From contig SVIH01000011.1 in assembly GCA_015069575.1 (NCBI GenBank), forward strand, positions 376 to 64,375: a stretch of 64,000 nt of DNA. Direction: 5' to 3'. The notes below the pieces were generated by a model. The model made no database searches. It saw only the letters and a list, made by a program, of their open reading frames with translations, and had not been told where the DNA came from. Position 1 is the stretch's first letter. Each line of letters starts with the position of its first letter. Shown piece after piece: positions 1 to 10,396 of the stretch. This DNA comes from Clostridiales bacterium. Lineage in GTDB: Bacteria > Bacillota > Clostridia > Christensenellales > QALW01. A program made the position numbers and the translations under genes.

Positions 1-372
1 AACAAAATACCTAATAAGTCCACAAAGAACCATTATTAATAAGACAAGGAAATAAGCCTGTAACCAAACAAAGCAGGTTTTAATGTTTATTCTTGATACG
101 AACAGCCATATTAAAAAATTTAAAACAATAGCCGTTATTGAGAAAATCAAGGCACTTGTGGGTGTGGCATAATTATTAAAAGTAATGCAAAAACCAAACG
201 TATAAAAAAGTGTTGCAAAAACAGAAAAAACACCTTTAATAGTACGGTCTTTAAAATTATGTATGCTAACAATAAGCGCAATCAATCCCAATGCAAAAGT
301 AAGATAGTGACCAAAATTAAGATTTCCTTGCAAAATAAGTTTTGTTTGAGCGATTAGTTCGTTAAAAAACAT
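1..372 (-). CDS. hypothetical multi-pass membrane protein (partial, 3' end outside window)
   Basis: Not in the supplied track because no stop lies in the window. Reverse-strand ATG at 372 with GGGAGG 7 nt upstream. Open to position 1 (MFFNELIAQTKLILQGNLNFGHYLTFALGLIALIVSIH...) and hydrophobic. TTGACT-17-TACAAT boxes lie upstream. Confidence 0.5.
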   Translation of the reverse strand, partial: MFFNELIAQTKLILQGNLNFGHYLTFALGLIALIVSIHNFKDRTIKGVFSVFATLFYTFGFCITFNNYATPTSALIFSITAIVLNFLIWLFVSRINIKTCFVWLQAYFLVLLIMVLCGLIRYFV

Positions 373-450
373 ATTTAATCCTCCCGCAAAGGATTTTTGT
401 TTATTGTATCATTTTTTATTTAAAAAGTCAATATTGATGTAAATATAGTA

Positions 451-480
451 TAAAAACCCATCTTTTCAGATGGGTTTTTG
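451..480 (-). terminator. rho-independent terminator after dnaJ
   Basis: Stem ACCCATCT / AGATGGGT with a TTTC loop, flanked by A/T runs, directly after the dnaJ stop. Confidence 0.7.
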
Positions 481-482
481 TT

Positions 483-1592
483 TTAAAAAATACCTTTTTT
501 CTTTTTCTTTTCTTCGTGGCCGTTAAGCTCGTCGCCAAAGGCGCGTAAAAGGTCTTTTTGTTTATTTGTAAGTTTTTTAGGAACCGCAATATTAACAGTA
601 ACATACATATCGCCTTTTGACTGTGTGTTGATATATACGATACCCTGATTTTTAATGCGGAACCTTGAACCCGGCTGTGTACCTTCGGGTATTTTCAACG
701 AAACAGTACCGTTAAGGGTAGGTATCTGAACTTCGCCACCTAACACTGCTTTAGGATAGTCAATTTCAAGATCAAGGAGAATATCACTACCCCTGCGCAC
801 AAATTGCGGATGCGGTGCAATAGTAATGCGAACATAAAGATCGCCCGGACTTCCGCCCCTTTTACCCTGTTCACCTTCGCCATGAAGGTTAATTGCCTGA
901 CCTTCATTTATACCTGCAGGAATGGTAACTTTTATTTTACGCTTACGGCGAATTCTGCCCTTTCCATTACAGCGTGAGCAAGGCTCTTTAATAATTTTGC
1001 CTGTGCCGCGGCATCTATCACAAGGGCGCGTTGAAGCAAATGAGCCAAAGATGGTGTTCTGCTGGGTGCGAACCTGACCTGAACCGTTACAGATAGGGCA
1101 GGTTTCGGGGCTTGTGCCTTCCTTTGCGCCCGAGCCGTGACAAACATCACATTCTTCTTCCCTTAAAACTTCTATCTCCTTTTTACAGCCGAAAGCGGCT
1201 TCTTCAAAGGAAATCCTTAAATCAACCCTTAAATCGTTGCCCCTTTGGGGTGCGTTGGGGTTGCGACTTTGCCTTGATGCACCGCCACCAAAAAAAGTAT
1301 CAAATATATCACCAAATCCTGAAAATCCGTCAAATCCGTCCTGGTATGTACCACCGCCAAAGCCCTGCGGTCCGTCAAAACCGAACTGGTCATAGTTAGC
1401 GCGTTTTTGCGGGTCGGAAAGCACATCATAAGCTTCGTTGATTTCCTTGAATTTTGCTTCAGCGTCTTTATCACCCGGATGAATGTCCGGGTGATATTGT
1501 TTAGCCATTTTTCTGAACGCTTTTTTTAATTCGTCATCTGAGGCGCCTTTTTGAACGCCAAGCACCTCATAATAATCTCGTTTATTGGCCAT
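483..1592 (-). CDS. dnaJ: molecular chaperone DnaJ
   Basis: J domain with HPD (YHPDIHPGD), a G/F-rich region, four CxxCxGxG zinc-finger repeats, and position downstream of dnaK. Confidence 0.97.
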   Translation of the reverse strand: MANKRDYYEVLGVQKGASDDELKKAFRKMAKQYHPDIHPGDKDAEAKFKEINEAYDVLSDPQKRANYDQFGFDGPQGFGGGTYQDGFDGFSGFGDIFDTFFGGGASRQSRNPNAPQRGNDLRVDLRISFEEAAFGCKKEIEVLREEECDVCHGSGAKEGTSPETCPICNGSGQVRTQQNTIFGSFASTRPCDRCRGTGKIIKEPCSRCNGKGRIRRKRKIKVTIPAGINEGQAINLHGEGEQGKRGGSPGDLYVRITIAPHPQFVRRGSDILLDLEIDYPKAVLGGEVQIPTLNGTVSLKIPEGTQPGSRFRIKNQGIVYINTQSKGDMYVTVNIAVPKKLTNKQKDLLRAFGDELNGHEEKKKKKGIF

Positions 1593-1597
1593 AAAGA

Positions 1598-3466
<1,869 letters not shown>

Positions 3467-3477
3467 TTATTAAATGG

Positions 3478-3755
3478 TTAACCAAACCATTATAACTTGA
3501 ATCAGTTGTAAAATGTAAAATTTACGTTTTAATTGTGTCAAAGCCCTTGATAATATTTCCTATATTGTCTGCGGGCTTTTCCTTGTTAAAACAAAAATTT
3601 TATCATTTTTCAATCTGCGACCTTAAACTGCTCAATTTTGAGCAGATTTAGGTGCGAAGGACGCGTTAAGACAGGTCGCCTTAAAAGGACGCCAAACCGA
3701 AATATGCCTAAATTCAGCCGTTTAAGGCTGGTTCAAGCTATCATGGTTTGGTTAC
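3478..3755 (-). mobile_element. MITE-like palindromic element, copy A (full length, inverted relative to copy C)
   Basis: TTAA-CCAAACCATTATAACTTGAATCAG ... CTGGTTCAAGCTATCATGGTTTGG-TTAC. About a dozen substitutions and no indels versus copy C in my manual alignment. Lies between grpE and dnaK. Confidence 0.8.
3512..3541 (-). promoter_or_regulatory. promoter-like boxes inside element copy A, directed at dnaK
   Basis: Reverse strand reads TTGACA (3541-3536), an 18-nt spacer, then TACATT (3517-3512). A TATAAT also lies in the terminal repeat (3494-3489). Confidence 0.35.
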
Positions 3756-4280
3756 TTGAACCATTGAATAGCGAATTATTTTGTCACCCATTTTGTAGCC
3801 TTTTTCAAATACGGTGGCTACAACGCCTTTTTCCTGTCCTTCTTGCGCAGGAATTTGCATCATCGCGTTATGGCAGGTAGGGTCAAAAGGCTTATTTAAT
3901 GCTTCAATTTCCTGAACGCCTAAATCGCTTAAAGATTTAAGCATCTGTTTAAGTACGATTTCAAGGCCTTCCATTAAAGAACCTGTTGTACCGTTTTTGC
4001 GTTCAGTTTCCAACGCGCGTTCAAGGTTATCTAAAACAGGTAAAAAAGCTTTTACTGCTTCAACCTTACCGTCGCTTAATGCATCTGCCCTTAATGTAAC
4101 ATTTCTTTTTCGATAGTTATCAAAATCTGCTTGTATTCTTTGGGCAAGCGCAAGATATTCTTCTTCTTTAGAAATAGGCTGTTCTTCTTTAACTTCTTCA
4201 ACTGACTGATAATCGTCATTTGCGTTGGTTTCTTCAACTGTCTCTTTTATTTCTTCTTCTTTTTTCTTACTCATCGTCAT
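3741..4280 (-). CDS. grpE: nucleotide exchange factor GrpE
   Basis: GrpE C-terminal signature (GYKMGDKIIRYSMVQV) and operon position. The last codons ACC AAA CCA TGA lie inside element copy A. Confidence 0.95.
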   Translation of the reverse strand: MTMSKKKEEEIKETVEETNANDDYQSVEEVKEEQPISKEEEYLALAQRIQADFDNYRKRNVTLRADALSDGKVEAVKAFLPVLDNLERALETERKNGTTGSLMEGLEIVLKQMLKSLSDLGVQEIEALNKPFDPTCHNAMMQIPAQEGQEKGVVATVFEKGYKMGDKIIRYSMVQVTKP

Positions 4281-5301
4281 TCTCCTTTAAGCCCGCAGGC
4301 TCTGTAAATATATCAGAAAGTGTTTTGCCAACCTGATCTAAAACAGAAAGCACTTTATCATATTGCATTCGTGTAGGTCCTATAACACCAATTTTACCAA
4401 GGTCTTTGCCATGGGCAGAATAAGTTGCAGTAACAACACTGACATCGCCAAGGCCTGTTTCATGACCAATGCGAACGCTTATTCCGTTTTCGTCGTTATT
4501 AACAAGTTCGCCAATTTTTTGATTTTCTTCTAAAAGTTGCAAAAAACCGCGGGCTTTATTTACATCGGTAAACTCCTGATGGGAAAGCATTTTACTTGCC
4601 CCTTCAATAACAAGTTTCTCCTGTTTTTGTTTTAATCGTGCGCAAAGCACTGTACATATAGCATCAAAAATCTGTTTTTGGTCAGCGATTTCATTTTCTA
4701 CAATATATTGGGCGCCGGGATGAATTTCGTCAACACTTTTTCCTGCAAACATTCTGTTTAAAAGTTGACTCATACTGTTAAGTTCATCAACAGAAACACT
4801 TCTTGGTAATGTTATGGGCGTGTTCTGAATCATTCCTGTATCGGTTAAAAGCACAACCATTGCTGTCATAGAATTTACCGGCATAAGCTGTATGCTTGAA
4901 ACATTAACATTTTTTGTTTTAGGCGGTGTTACTATTGAAACGTATTGTGTAAGGTCACTTATAACCTTTGCGGCATCTGTAAGCACTTCACCTGTCTGAC
5001 CAATTCGTTTATCATAATAGGTTTTTATGTATTCTATTTCCGGTAAAGAAAGGGTCGAAAGTTTTAAAAGGTTATCAACATAAAATCTGTAAGCCTTTTC
5101 GCTTGGCACTCTGCCTGCAGAAGTGTGAGGTTGCTCAAGATAACCAAGATCTTCAAGATCGCTCATCTCGTTACGGATTGTTGCTGAAGAAAGAGCAAAG
5201 TTTTTTGAAATAGTTCTGGATCCAACAGGCATTGCGTTTGAAATATAATCTTCAATTATAGCCTGCAATATTTCCCGTTGCCGCTGACTTAATTCACCCA
5301 T
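4267..5301 (-). CDS. hrcA: heat-inducible transcription repressor HrcA
   Basis: N-terminal wHTH (LSQRQREILQAIIEDYI...PVGSRTISK), first gene of the dnaK operon, with CIRCE upstream. Confidence 0.95.
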   Translation of the reverse strand: MGELSQRQREILQAIIEDYISNAMPVGSRTISKNFALSSATIRNEMSDLEDLGYLEQPHTSAGRVPSEKAYRFYVDNLLKLSTLSLPEIEYIKTYYDKRIGQTGEVLTDAAKVISDLTQYVSIVTPPKTKNVNVSSIQLMPVNSMTAMVVLLTDTGMIQNTPITLPRSVSVDELNSMSQLLNRMFAGKSVDEIHPGAQYIVENEIADQKQIFDAICTVLCARLKQKQEKLVIEGASKMLSHQEFTDVNKARGFLQLLEENQKIGELVNNDENGISVRIGHETGLGDVSVVTATYSAHGKDLGKIGVIGPTRMQYDKVLSVLDQVGKTLSDIFTEPAGLKENDDE

Positions 5302-5330
5302 GTTTTACCCTCCCCTTTTTTTGACTTTTG

Positions 5331-5357
5331 TTAGCACTCGGGTTTGGTGAGTGCTAA
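5331..5357. promoter_or_regulatory. CIRCE operator (HrcA binding site)
   Basis: Exact TTAGCACTC-N9-GAGTGCTAA, 30 nt upstream of the hrcA start. Confidence 0.95.
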
Positions 5358-5562
5358 TTACGATTTTATTATATGCAACTTAAATTAATTTGTCAACTAG
5401 TTTGGTGCAATTTAATTTAATTGTTATCAAATTTTCACAAAATATACAAAAAACACTTATTTCAAGGCTAAAAAATAGCAAAACAAGAAAAATTTTAGGC
5501 AAATTAAAATAATTGAATGAAGGAAAAATAAAAGCGCAATAATATGAAAGGAGCAAAAAACC

Positions 5563-5784
5563 GTGAAACAAATTACGGTAAAAATTTCAAATAAAAATTT
5601 TGAGGCATTAAAAAAAGCATCAAAATTTTCTGATAAAGATAAGGTAGTTAATAAGGCGCTTAAACAATTTTTTGTAAAAAAGCATAAAATGAAAGTAAGA
5701 ACGCTTTTAAAAAGAGGCTACAAAACTTTTGCAAAACTAAATTTAAGGCTTTGCAGAATATTAGAAGAAGATGCCGATTTTTAA
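5563..5784 (+). CDS. mazE: MazE/EndoAI-type antitoxin
   Basis: GTG start with AGGAG upstream. Aligns by eye to Bacillus EndoAI (LLKRGYKTFAKLNLRL vs LMRRGYMEMAKINLNI). Immediately upstream of mazF. Confidence 0.75.
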   Translation: MKQITVKISNKNFEALKKASKFSDKDKVVNKALKQFFVKKHKMKVRTLLKRGYKTFAKLNLRLCRILEEDADF

Positions 5785-5817
5785 AAAGCGGTCTTGTTAT
5801 TGAAAGGGTGAAGCACA

Positions 5818-6165
5818 TTGATAAAAAGGGGCGAAATATATTACGCTGACCTTTCGCCCGTTGTGGGCAGTGAACAAGGCGGAATCCGCCCTGTTCTAAT
5901 ACTGCAAAACGATATAGGCAATAAATACAGCCCCACAATTATCGTTGCGGCAATAACATCAAAAACAGATAAAGCAAAACTGCCCACCCATATAGCCCTT
6001 CAGGGCGAAAGACATGGCTTGCCAAAAAATTCGGTAATACTTTTAGAACAGATACGCACCATCGATAAAAAGCGGCTTAAAGAAAAATTAGGCGGCCTTA
6101 ACAATATAACAATGAACAAAGTAGAAGACGGCTTGCGCGTAAGCCTTGGCTTTACGGAGTTTTAA
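5818..6165 (+). CDS. mazF: MazF/EndoA (PemK family) mRNA interferase toxin
   Basis: [31 protein letters not shown]...[10 protein letters not shown] is the conserved EndoA/MazF core. TTG start. Confidence 0.93.
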   Translation: MIKRGEIYYADLSPVVGSEQGGIRPVLILQNDIGNKYSPTIIVAAITSKTDKAKLPTHIALQGERHGLPKNSVILLEQIRTIDKKRLKEKLGGLNNITMNKVEDGLRVSLGFTEF

Positions 6166-6200
6166 CAAAAAAGCCAACGGATAATCCGTTGGCTTTATTT
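6166..6200. terminator. bidirectional terminator (mazF / apt)
   Basis: Stem AGCCAACGG / CCGTTGGCT with an ATAAT loop, A-run before and T-run after, between convergent genes. Confidence 0.75.
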
Positions 6201-6723
6201 ATTTTCCATCATACTGAATAACTGATTCAACTTTATAATCCTTTAAAAGTTCGCGGCCGTTTAAGCCTTTTAACTCTAAAAGGAAAAGAATTTTTTCTAC
6301 CGTTCCGCCAAGTTCTTCAACAAGTTCGCAACAGGCTTTAACTGTGCCACCGGTTGCAATTAAATCGTCAATTAAAACAACTTTTTCTCCTTTTTTAATT
6401 GAATCTTTGTGCATTTCAATTTGCGCGGTGCCGTATTCAAGGGCGTATTCTTTTGTAACGGTTTCCCTTGGCAGTTTGCCTTTTTTACGAATTAAAACAA
6501 AGGGTTTGTTTAATAAGTACGCTAAGGGCGCGCCAAATATAAAACCGCGTGATTCTGCGCCGGCGATAACATCGAATTCAACATCTTTTAAAAGTTTTAA
6601 AAATTCATCAATGGCAAGTTTAAAGCCATCTGCATCCTGTAAAACGGTTGTTATATCTCTAAATAAAATTCCTTCTTCGGGAAAATCGGGAATAGTGGTT
6701 ACATAATCTTTAACGGATTTCAT
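6199..6723 (-). CDS. apt: adenine phosphoribosyltransferase
   Basis: PRTase motif VVLIDDLIATGGT. Start moved to the internal ATG (MKSVKDYV...) that has GGAGG upstream. The longer track ORF adds an implausible leader. Confidence 0.93.
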   Translation of the reverse strand: MKSVKDYVTTIPDFPEEGILFRDITTVLQDADGFKLAIDEFLKLLKDVEFDVIAGAESRGFIFGAPLAYLLNKPFVLIRKKGKLPRETVTKEYALEYGTAQIEMHKDSIKKGEKVVLIDDLIATGGTVKACCELVEELGGTVEKILFLLELKGLNGRELLKDYKVESVIQYDGK

Positions 6724-6789
6724 ATTTTTGCCTCCATAAATATAAATACATACTAAATATATCACAAATTTCAAGGATTTTCAATAGTA

Positions 6790-6817
6790 TTGACTAAATT
6801 TTTTTAGATGGTATAAT
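6790..6817 (+). promoter_or_regulatory. sigma-A type promoter reading through element copy B into cca
   Basis: TTGACT (6790-6795), 16-nt spacer, TATAAT (6812-6817). Confidence 0.55.
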
Positions 6818-6821
6818 TAGG

Positions 6822-7014
6822 TTAATCAAACCATTATAGTTTGAACCAGCCTTAAACTGCTGAATTCAGGCATATTTTGGTTTGTCGTCCTTTTAAGGCG
6901 TCCTGCCTTAATGCGTCCTTCGTACCTAAATCTGCTCAAAATTAAGCAGTTTAAGGTCGCAGATTGAAAAATTTTACATTTTACAACTGATTCAAGTTAC
7001 AATGGTTTGGTTAA
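6822..7014 (+). mobile_element. MITE-like element, copy B (short variant, about 85-bp internal module missing)
   Basis: TTAA-TCAAACCATTATAGTTTGAACCAG ... CTGATTCAAGTTACAATGGTTTGG-TTAA. Colinear with copy C except for one internal deletion. Confidence 0.8.
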
Positions 7015-7028
7015 GGCAGGTGAAATAA

Positions 7029-8186
7029 ATGCTTCCTAAAAATGCGGAATACATATTAAATAAGTTAAACGAAAACGGGTTTCAGGCATATCTTGTTGGC
7101 GGATGCGTCCGTGATAAACTGCTTAATAAAGTTCCTGAAGATTACGATATAACCACAAACGCTCTTCCGCAGAAAATTGCAGAAGTATTTAGTGAATTTC
7201 ACCTTAACTTAAAGGGGCTTAAACATGGCACTGTTGGTGTAATAATAAATGGTGAAATGATTGAAATAACCACCTACCGTATTGATGGGGATTATCTGGA
7301 TTCGCGCAGGCCCGAAAACGTAACTTTTACCCCAAATTTAAAGGAAGACCTTGCCCGTAGGGATTTTACCATAAACGCTATGGCGATGGATAAAAATGAA
7401 AATATCATTGATGTTTTTAACGGTAAAAGCGATTTAAAAAACAAAATTATCCGAACGGTAGGAGACCCTGAAAAAAGGTTTAACGAAGACGCTTTAAGGA
7501 TTATGAGGTGTTTGCGTTTTGCTTCTAAAGAGGGCTTTGTTATACAAGAAAACACCTTAAATTCTTTAAATCAATTAGCGCCCAATTTAAAGCATATTGC
7601 TTATGAACGTATTTATACCGAACTTAAAAAAATGCTTTCAGAGGCTAATGCACATAATATAATAAGGAAAACAAAGCCTGTTTTTGAAAACGTTTTTCCT
7701 ACGCTTAACACAGAAAAATGGGATATAATATGTAAACATATAAAGGAATGTGAATGTTCATGGCTTTTATGTTTGGCGGTGCTTTTAATAAATAGCGACA
7801 CAAAAAAAGAACTTGACCGCTTAAAAGTTGAAACCAAAACAAAGTGTTTAGTATTAAACTTAAAAGAATTGCTTAATAAAAAGATTTTAAACGATAAAGC
7901 GTTTTTGCAAAAAATGATGTGTGAACATTCAAAAGAACAAATCCTGTTTTTATGTTCATACTTAACCGTAATAACCAAAGAAGATTATAATAAAAACGCT
8001 ATTTTAGCATCAAAAGGAATAACAAGTGTAAACGAACTTGATATACAAGGGCAAACGCTGAAAAATCTTGGTTTTAAAAGTTATAAAATAAAGGAAGCAT
8101 TAAATGTTTTATTAAATGCGGTTATTGAAAACAAGGTTAAAAACCAAGAAACAGATTTAATTGAATACATAAAAAAACAGGCTTAA
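7029..8186 (+). CDS. cca: CCA-adding tRNA nucleotidyltransferase (PolyA polymerase family)
   Basis: N-terminal nucleotidyltransferase motif (AYLVGGCVRDKLLNK...DYDITT) and RDFTINA. Confidence 0.85.
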   Translation: MLPKNAEYILNKLNENGFQAYLVGGCVRDKLLNKVPEDYDITTNALPQKIAEVFSEFHLNLKGLKHGTVGVIINGEMIEITTYRIDGDYLDSRRPENVTFTPNLKEDLARRDFTINAMAMDKNENIIDVFNGKSDLKNKIIRTVGDPEKRFNEDALRIMRCLRFASKEGFVIQENTLNSLNQLAPNLKHIAYERIYTELKKMLSEANAHNIIRKTKPVFENVFPTLNTEKWDIICKHIKECECSWLLCLAVLLINSDTKKELDRLKVETKTKCLVLNLKELLNKKILNDKAFLQKMMCEHSKEQILFLCSYLTVITKEDYNKNAILASKGITSVNELDIQGQTLKNLGFKSYKIKEALNVLLNAVIENKVKNQETDLIEYIKKQA

Positions 8187-8205
8187 TTTAAGCCTGTTTT
8201 AATTT
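8172..8205. terminator. bidirectional terminator (cca, and the ancestral prfA end)
   Basis: Stem ACAGGCTT / AAGCCTGT flanked by A- and T-runs. Confidence 0.75.
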
Positions 8206-8240
8206 TTATTCTTCGTTATTTAATTCTCCTGTACTGCCTG

Positions 8241-8518
8241 CTAACCAAACCATTATAAATTGAACCAGCCTTAAACGGCTGAATTTAGGCATATTTCGGT
8301 TTGTCGTCCTTTTAAGGCGACCTGCCTTAACGCGTCCTTCGCACCTAAATCTCACCAAAATTGAGCAGTTTAAGGTCGCAGATTGAAAAATGATAAAATT
8401 TTTGTTTTAACAAGGAAAAGCCCGCAGACAATATAGGAAATATTATCAAGGGCTTTGACACAATTAAAACGCAAATTTTACATTTTACAACTGGTTCAAG
8501 CTATACTGGTTTGGTTAA
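8241..8518 (+). mobile_element. MITE-like element, copy C (full length, reference orientation)
   Basis: CTAA-CCAAACCATTATAAATTGAACCAG ... CTGGTTCAAGCTATACTGGTTTGG-TTAA. The right end overlaps the 3' end of prfA. Confidence 0.8.
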
Positions 8519-9544
8519 AATCAATGCGGAAACAATTTCGTCCATAGCGCCTTCTAAAAATGCGTCTAATTTATAAAGGGTAACGCCAACGCGGTGGTCG
8601 GTAACACGGCCCTGTGGAAAATTATAAGTGCGGATTCTTTCACTTCTGTCACCTGAACCAACCTGACTTTTTCTCGCCTCAGAGTATTCGTTGTCAGCGA
8701 TGGTTTTATAGTAATCGTAAACGCGTGATTTTAAAACTTTCATGGCTTTTTCGCGGTTTTTAATCTGCGAACGCTCGTCCTGGCAGTCAACCTCAATGCC
8801 TGTTGGCAAATGTATCATTCTAACGGCAGATTCAGTTTTATTAACGTGCTGACCGCCTGCGCCTGAAGAACGGTGTGTTTCAATTAATAAATCTTCAGCG
8901 TTTATAGTAATATCAATATCGTCAGCTTCAGGCAACACTGCAACGGTTGCGGCAGAAGTATGAATTCTGCCGCCTGATTCCGTAACGGGCACGCGTTGCA
9001 CGCGGTGAGCACCGCTTTCGTATTTCATATGGCGGAAAACTTCTTTGCCTGAAACTAAGCATACGGCTTCCTTAATACCGCCGATTTCCGTTTCGGAAAG
9101 GCTTGTTATTTCAAAGTTCCAACCTTTTTTTTCGGCATATTTCATATACATTCTTAAAAGGTCAGCACCAAAAAGAGCTGCTTCTTCACCGCCTGTACCT
9201 GCGCGGATTTCCAGAACAACGTTTTTATCGTCATCAGGGTCACGGGGTGCAAGCAATTCCTTTAATTCCTGCTCTAAAATTTCTTCCTTTGGCTTTAACT
9301 CACTTAATTCAATTTCGGCAAGTTCATTCATTTCTTCATCGCCTGATTCAATTAATTCGTTTGCATCGTCAATGCCTTTTAATACAGCAGTATATTCTTC
9401 ATATTTTTCCTGTATCTCTGATAAAACAGCGTGCTCCTTTGCAAGCTCCTGCCAAAGTTTTCTATCATTTATAACGTCAGGCTCGCTTAATTTCTGATTA
9501 AGCTCCTGAAAGCGTATTGACATTTCTTCAAGTTTTTCTAACAT
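8501..9544 (-). CDS. prfA: peptide chain release factor 1
   Basis: GGQ motif ([16 protein letters not shown]) and a PxT-type region (RVPVTES). The last five codons including the stop (TTA ACC AAA CCA GTA TAG region) are element sequence. Confidence 0.96.
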   Translation of the reverse strand: MLEKLEEMSIRFQELNQKLSEPDVINDRKLWQELAKEHAVLSEIQEKYEEYTAVLKGIDDANELIESGDEEMNELAEIELSELKPKEEILEQELKELLAPRDPDDDKNVVLEIRAGTGGEEAALFGADLLRMYMKYAEKKGWNFEITSLSETEIGGIKEAVCLVSGKEVFRHMKYESGAHRVQRVPVTESGGRIHTSAATVAVLPEADDIDITINAEDLLIETHRSSGAGGQHVNKTESAVRMIHLPTGIEVDCQDERSQIKNREKAMKVLKSRVYDYYKTIADNEYSEARKSQVGSGDRSERIRTYNFPQGRVTDHRVGVTLYKLDAFLEGAMDEIVSALILTKPV

Positions 9545-9547
9545 AAA

Positions 9548-10396
9548 TTATCCCTCGTAAAAAGTGTAAACTATGCGGTCTAACCTGGAATAGTCCTTTA
9601 AAACCACACTATCGGTAAATCCGCTTTTTGAAAGCAAAGTCTTTACTGCGTCTCCTTGGTCAAAGCCGATTTCAAACATCAAAAGCCCGTTTTTGTTTAA
9701 ATGCTCTTTCGCCTGGCAAATTATATCCCTGTAAAAATCAAGCCCGTCACTACCGCCATCAAGAGCGTTCTTTGGCTCGAACGAAAGTTCTTTTTCTAAC
9801 TTTTCCATATCTTTTGTGGGAATATAAGGGGGGTTTGATAAAATGCAATCAAACTTGCGGTTTTGCAGATTTTCAAAAAGGTCACTTTTTATAAATTCAA
9901 TTTCGGTTTCGTTTTCTTTTGCGTTTTCTTTTGCTAAAGAAATAGCCTTTTCGCTGATATCAACTGCAGTAACGCAAGTTTCTGGTGCATTCTTTTTAAC
10001 TGAAATTGCAATGGCACCTGAGCCTGTACCAATATCAAGAATCGTTTTATAGTTGTTTTTTTGTATAAAATCAAGCGCCTGTTCAACTAAAAGGGCAGTT
10101 TCGTCTCGCGGTATCAGCGCGCGGTTATCTGTGTTTAAAATAATGTTATAAAAGGGAACAAAACCTAAAATGTATTGCAGTGGTTCCCGTGTTTTACGTC
10201 TTTGTAAAATTGCGTTAAGACTAACAATCTGTTTTTCAGTTAATTCCTTGTCTTTTTCAAAGTGCAGGGAATTTCTTTTTATTCCTGTAACAGCACAAAC
10301 TATCCATACAGCATCAACGTCCCTGTCAGGTACATTATTAAGGGTTTGTTTTGCCAAAACCAACGCATTATTGACTGTCATTTTCATTACTCTCAT
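9548..10396 (-). CDS. prmC: release factor glutamine N5-methyltransferase PrmC/HemK
   Basis: SAM motif DIGTGSG and NPPY. Adjacent to prfA. The exact start is uncertain because of several N-terminal Met codons. Confidence 0.92.
   Translation of the reverse strand: MRVMKMTVNNALVLAKQTLNNVPDRDVDAVWIVCAVTGIKRNSLHFEKDKELTEKQIVSLNAILQRRKTREPLQYILGFVPFYNIILNTDNRALIPRDETALLVEQALDFIQKNNYKTILDIGTGSGAIAISVKKNAPETCVTAVDISEKAISLAKENAKENETEIEFIKSDLFENLQNRKFDCILSNPPYIPTKDMEKLEKELSFEPKNALDGGSDGLDFYRDIICQAKEHLNKNGLLMFEIGFDQGDAVKTLLSKSGFTDSVVLKDYSRLDRIVYTFYEG

Noticed and set aside
60-80. Short matches to the element terminus (TAACCAAAC at about 61-69; AACCAAACC at about 39281 within queH).
   Set aside because: Only 9-10 nt match with no continuation into the element body. 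This is expected by chance and these are not additional copies.
3638-3880. 80-aa plus-strand ORF (MSRFRCEGRVKTGRLKRTPNRNMPKF...) lying mostly inside element copy A.
   Set aside because: It is read from the repeat and overlaps the grpE 3' end in antisense. The equivalent frame is not preserved in copy B (deleted) or copy D (substituted). No RBS is present. I treated it as a by-product of the repeat, not a transposase or a peptide gene.
5380-5938. ORFs 5380-5571(-) and 5660-5938(-) in the hrcA/mazE intergenic area.
   Set aside because: The first is AT-rich promoter DNA with a Phe/Leu/Ile-rich translation. The second is antisense to mazE and the start of mazF. Neither has an RBS.
6724-6774. Longer N-terminal extensions offered by the ORF track for apt (6774), ddl (34912), the Lrp regulator (36689), the PfkB kinase (22834), the 4Fe-4S protein (53023), DUF1292 (11507) and DUF1385 (11408).
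   Set aside because: In each case an internal ATG is preceded by a strong GGAGG-type RBS at 5-9 nt and coincides with the conserved family N-terminus. The extensions add non-homologous, often promoter-derived residues.
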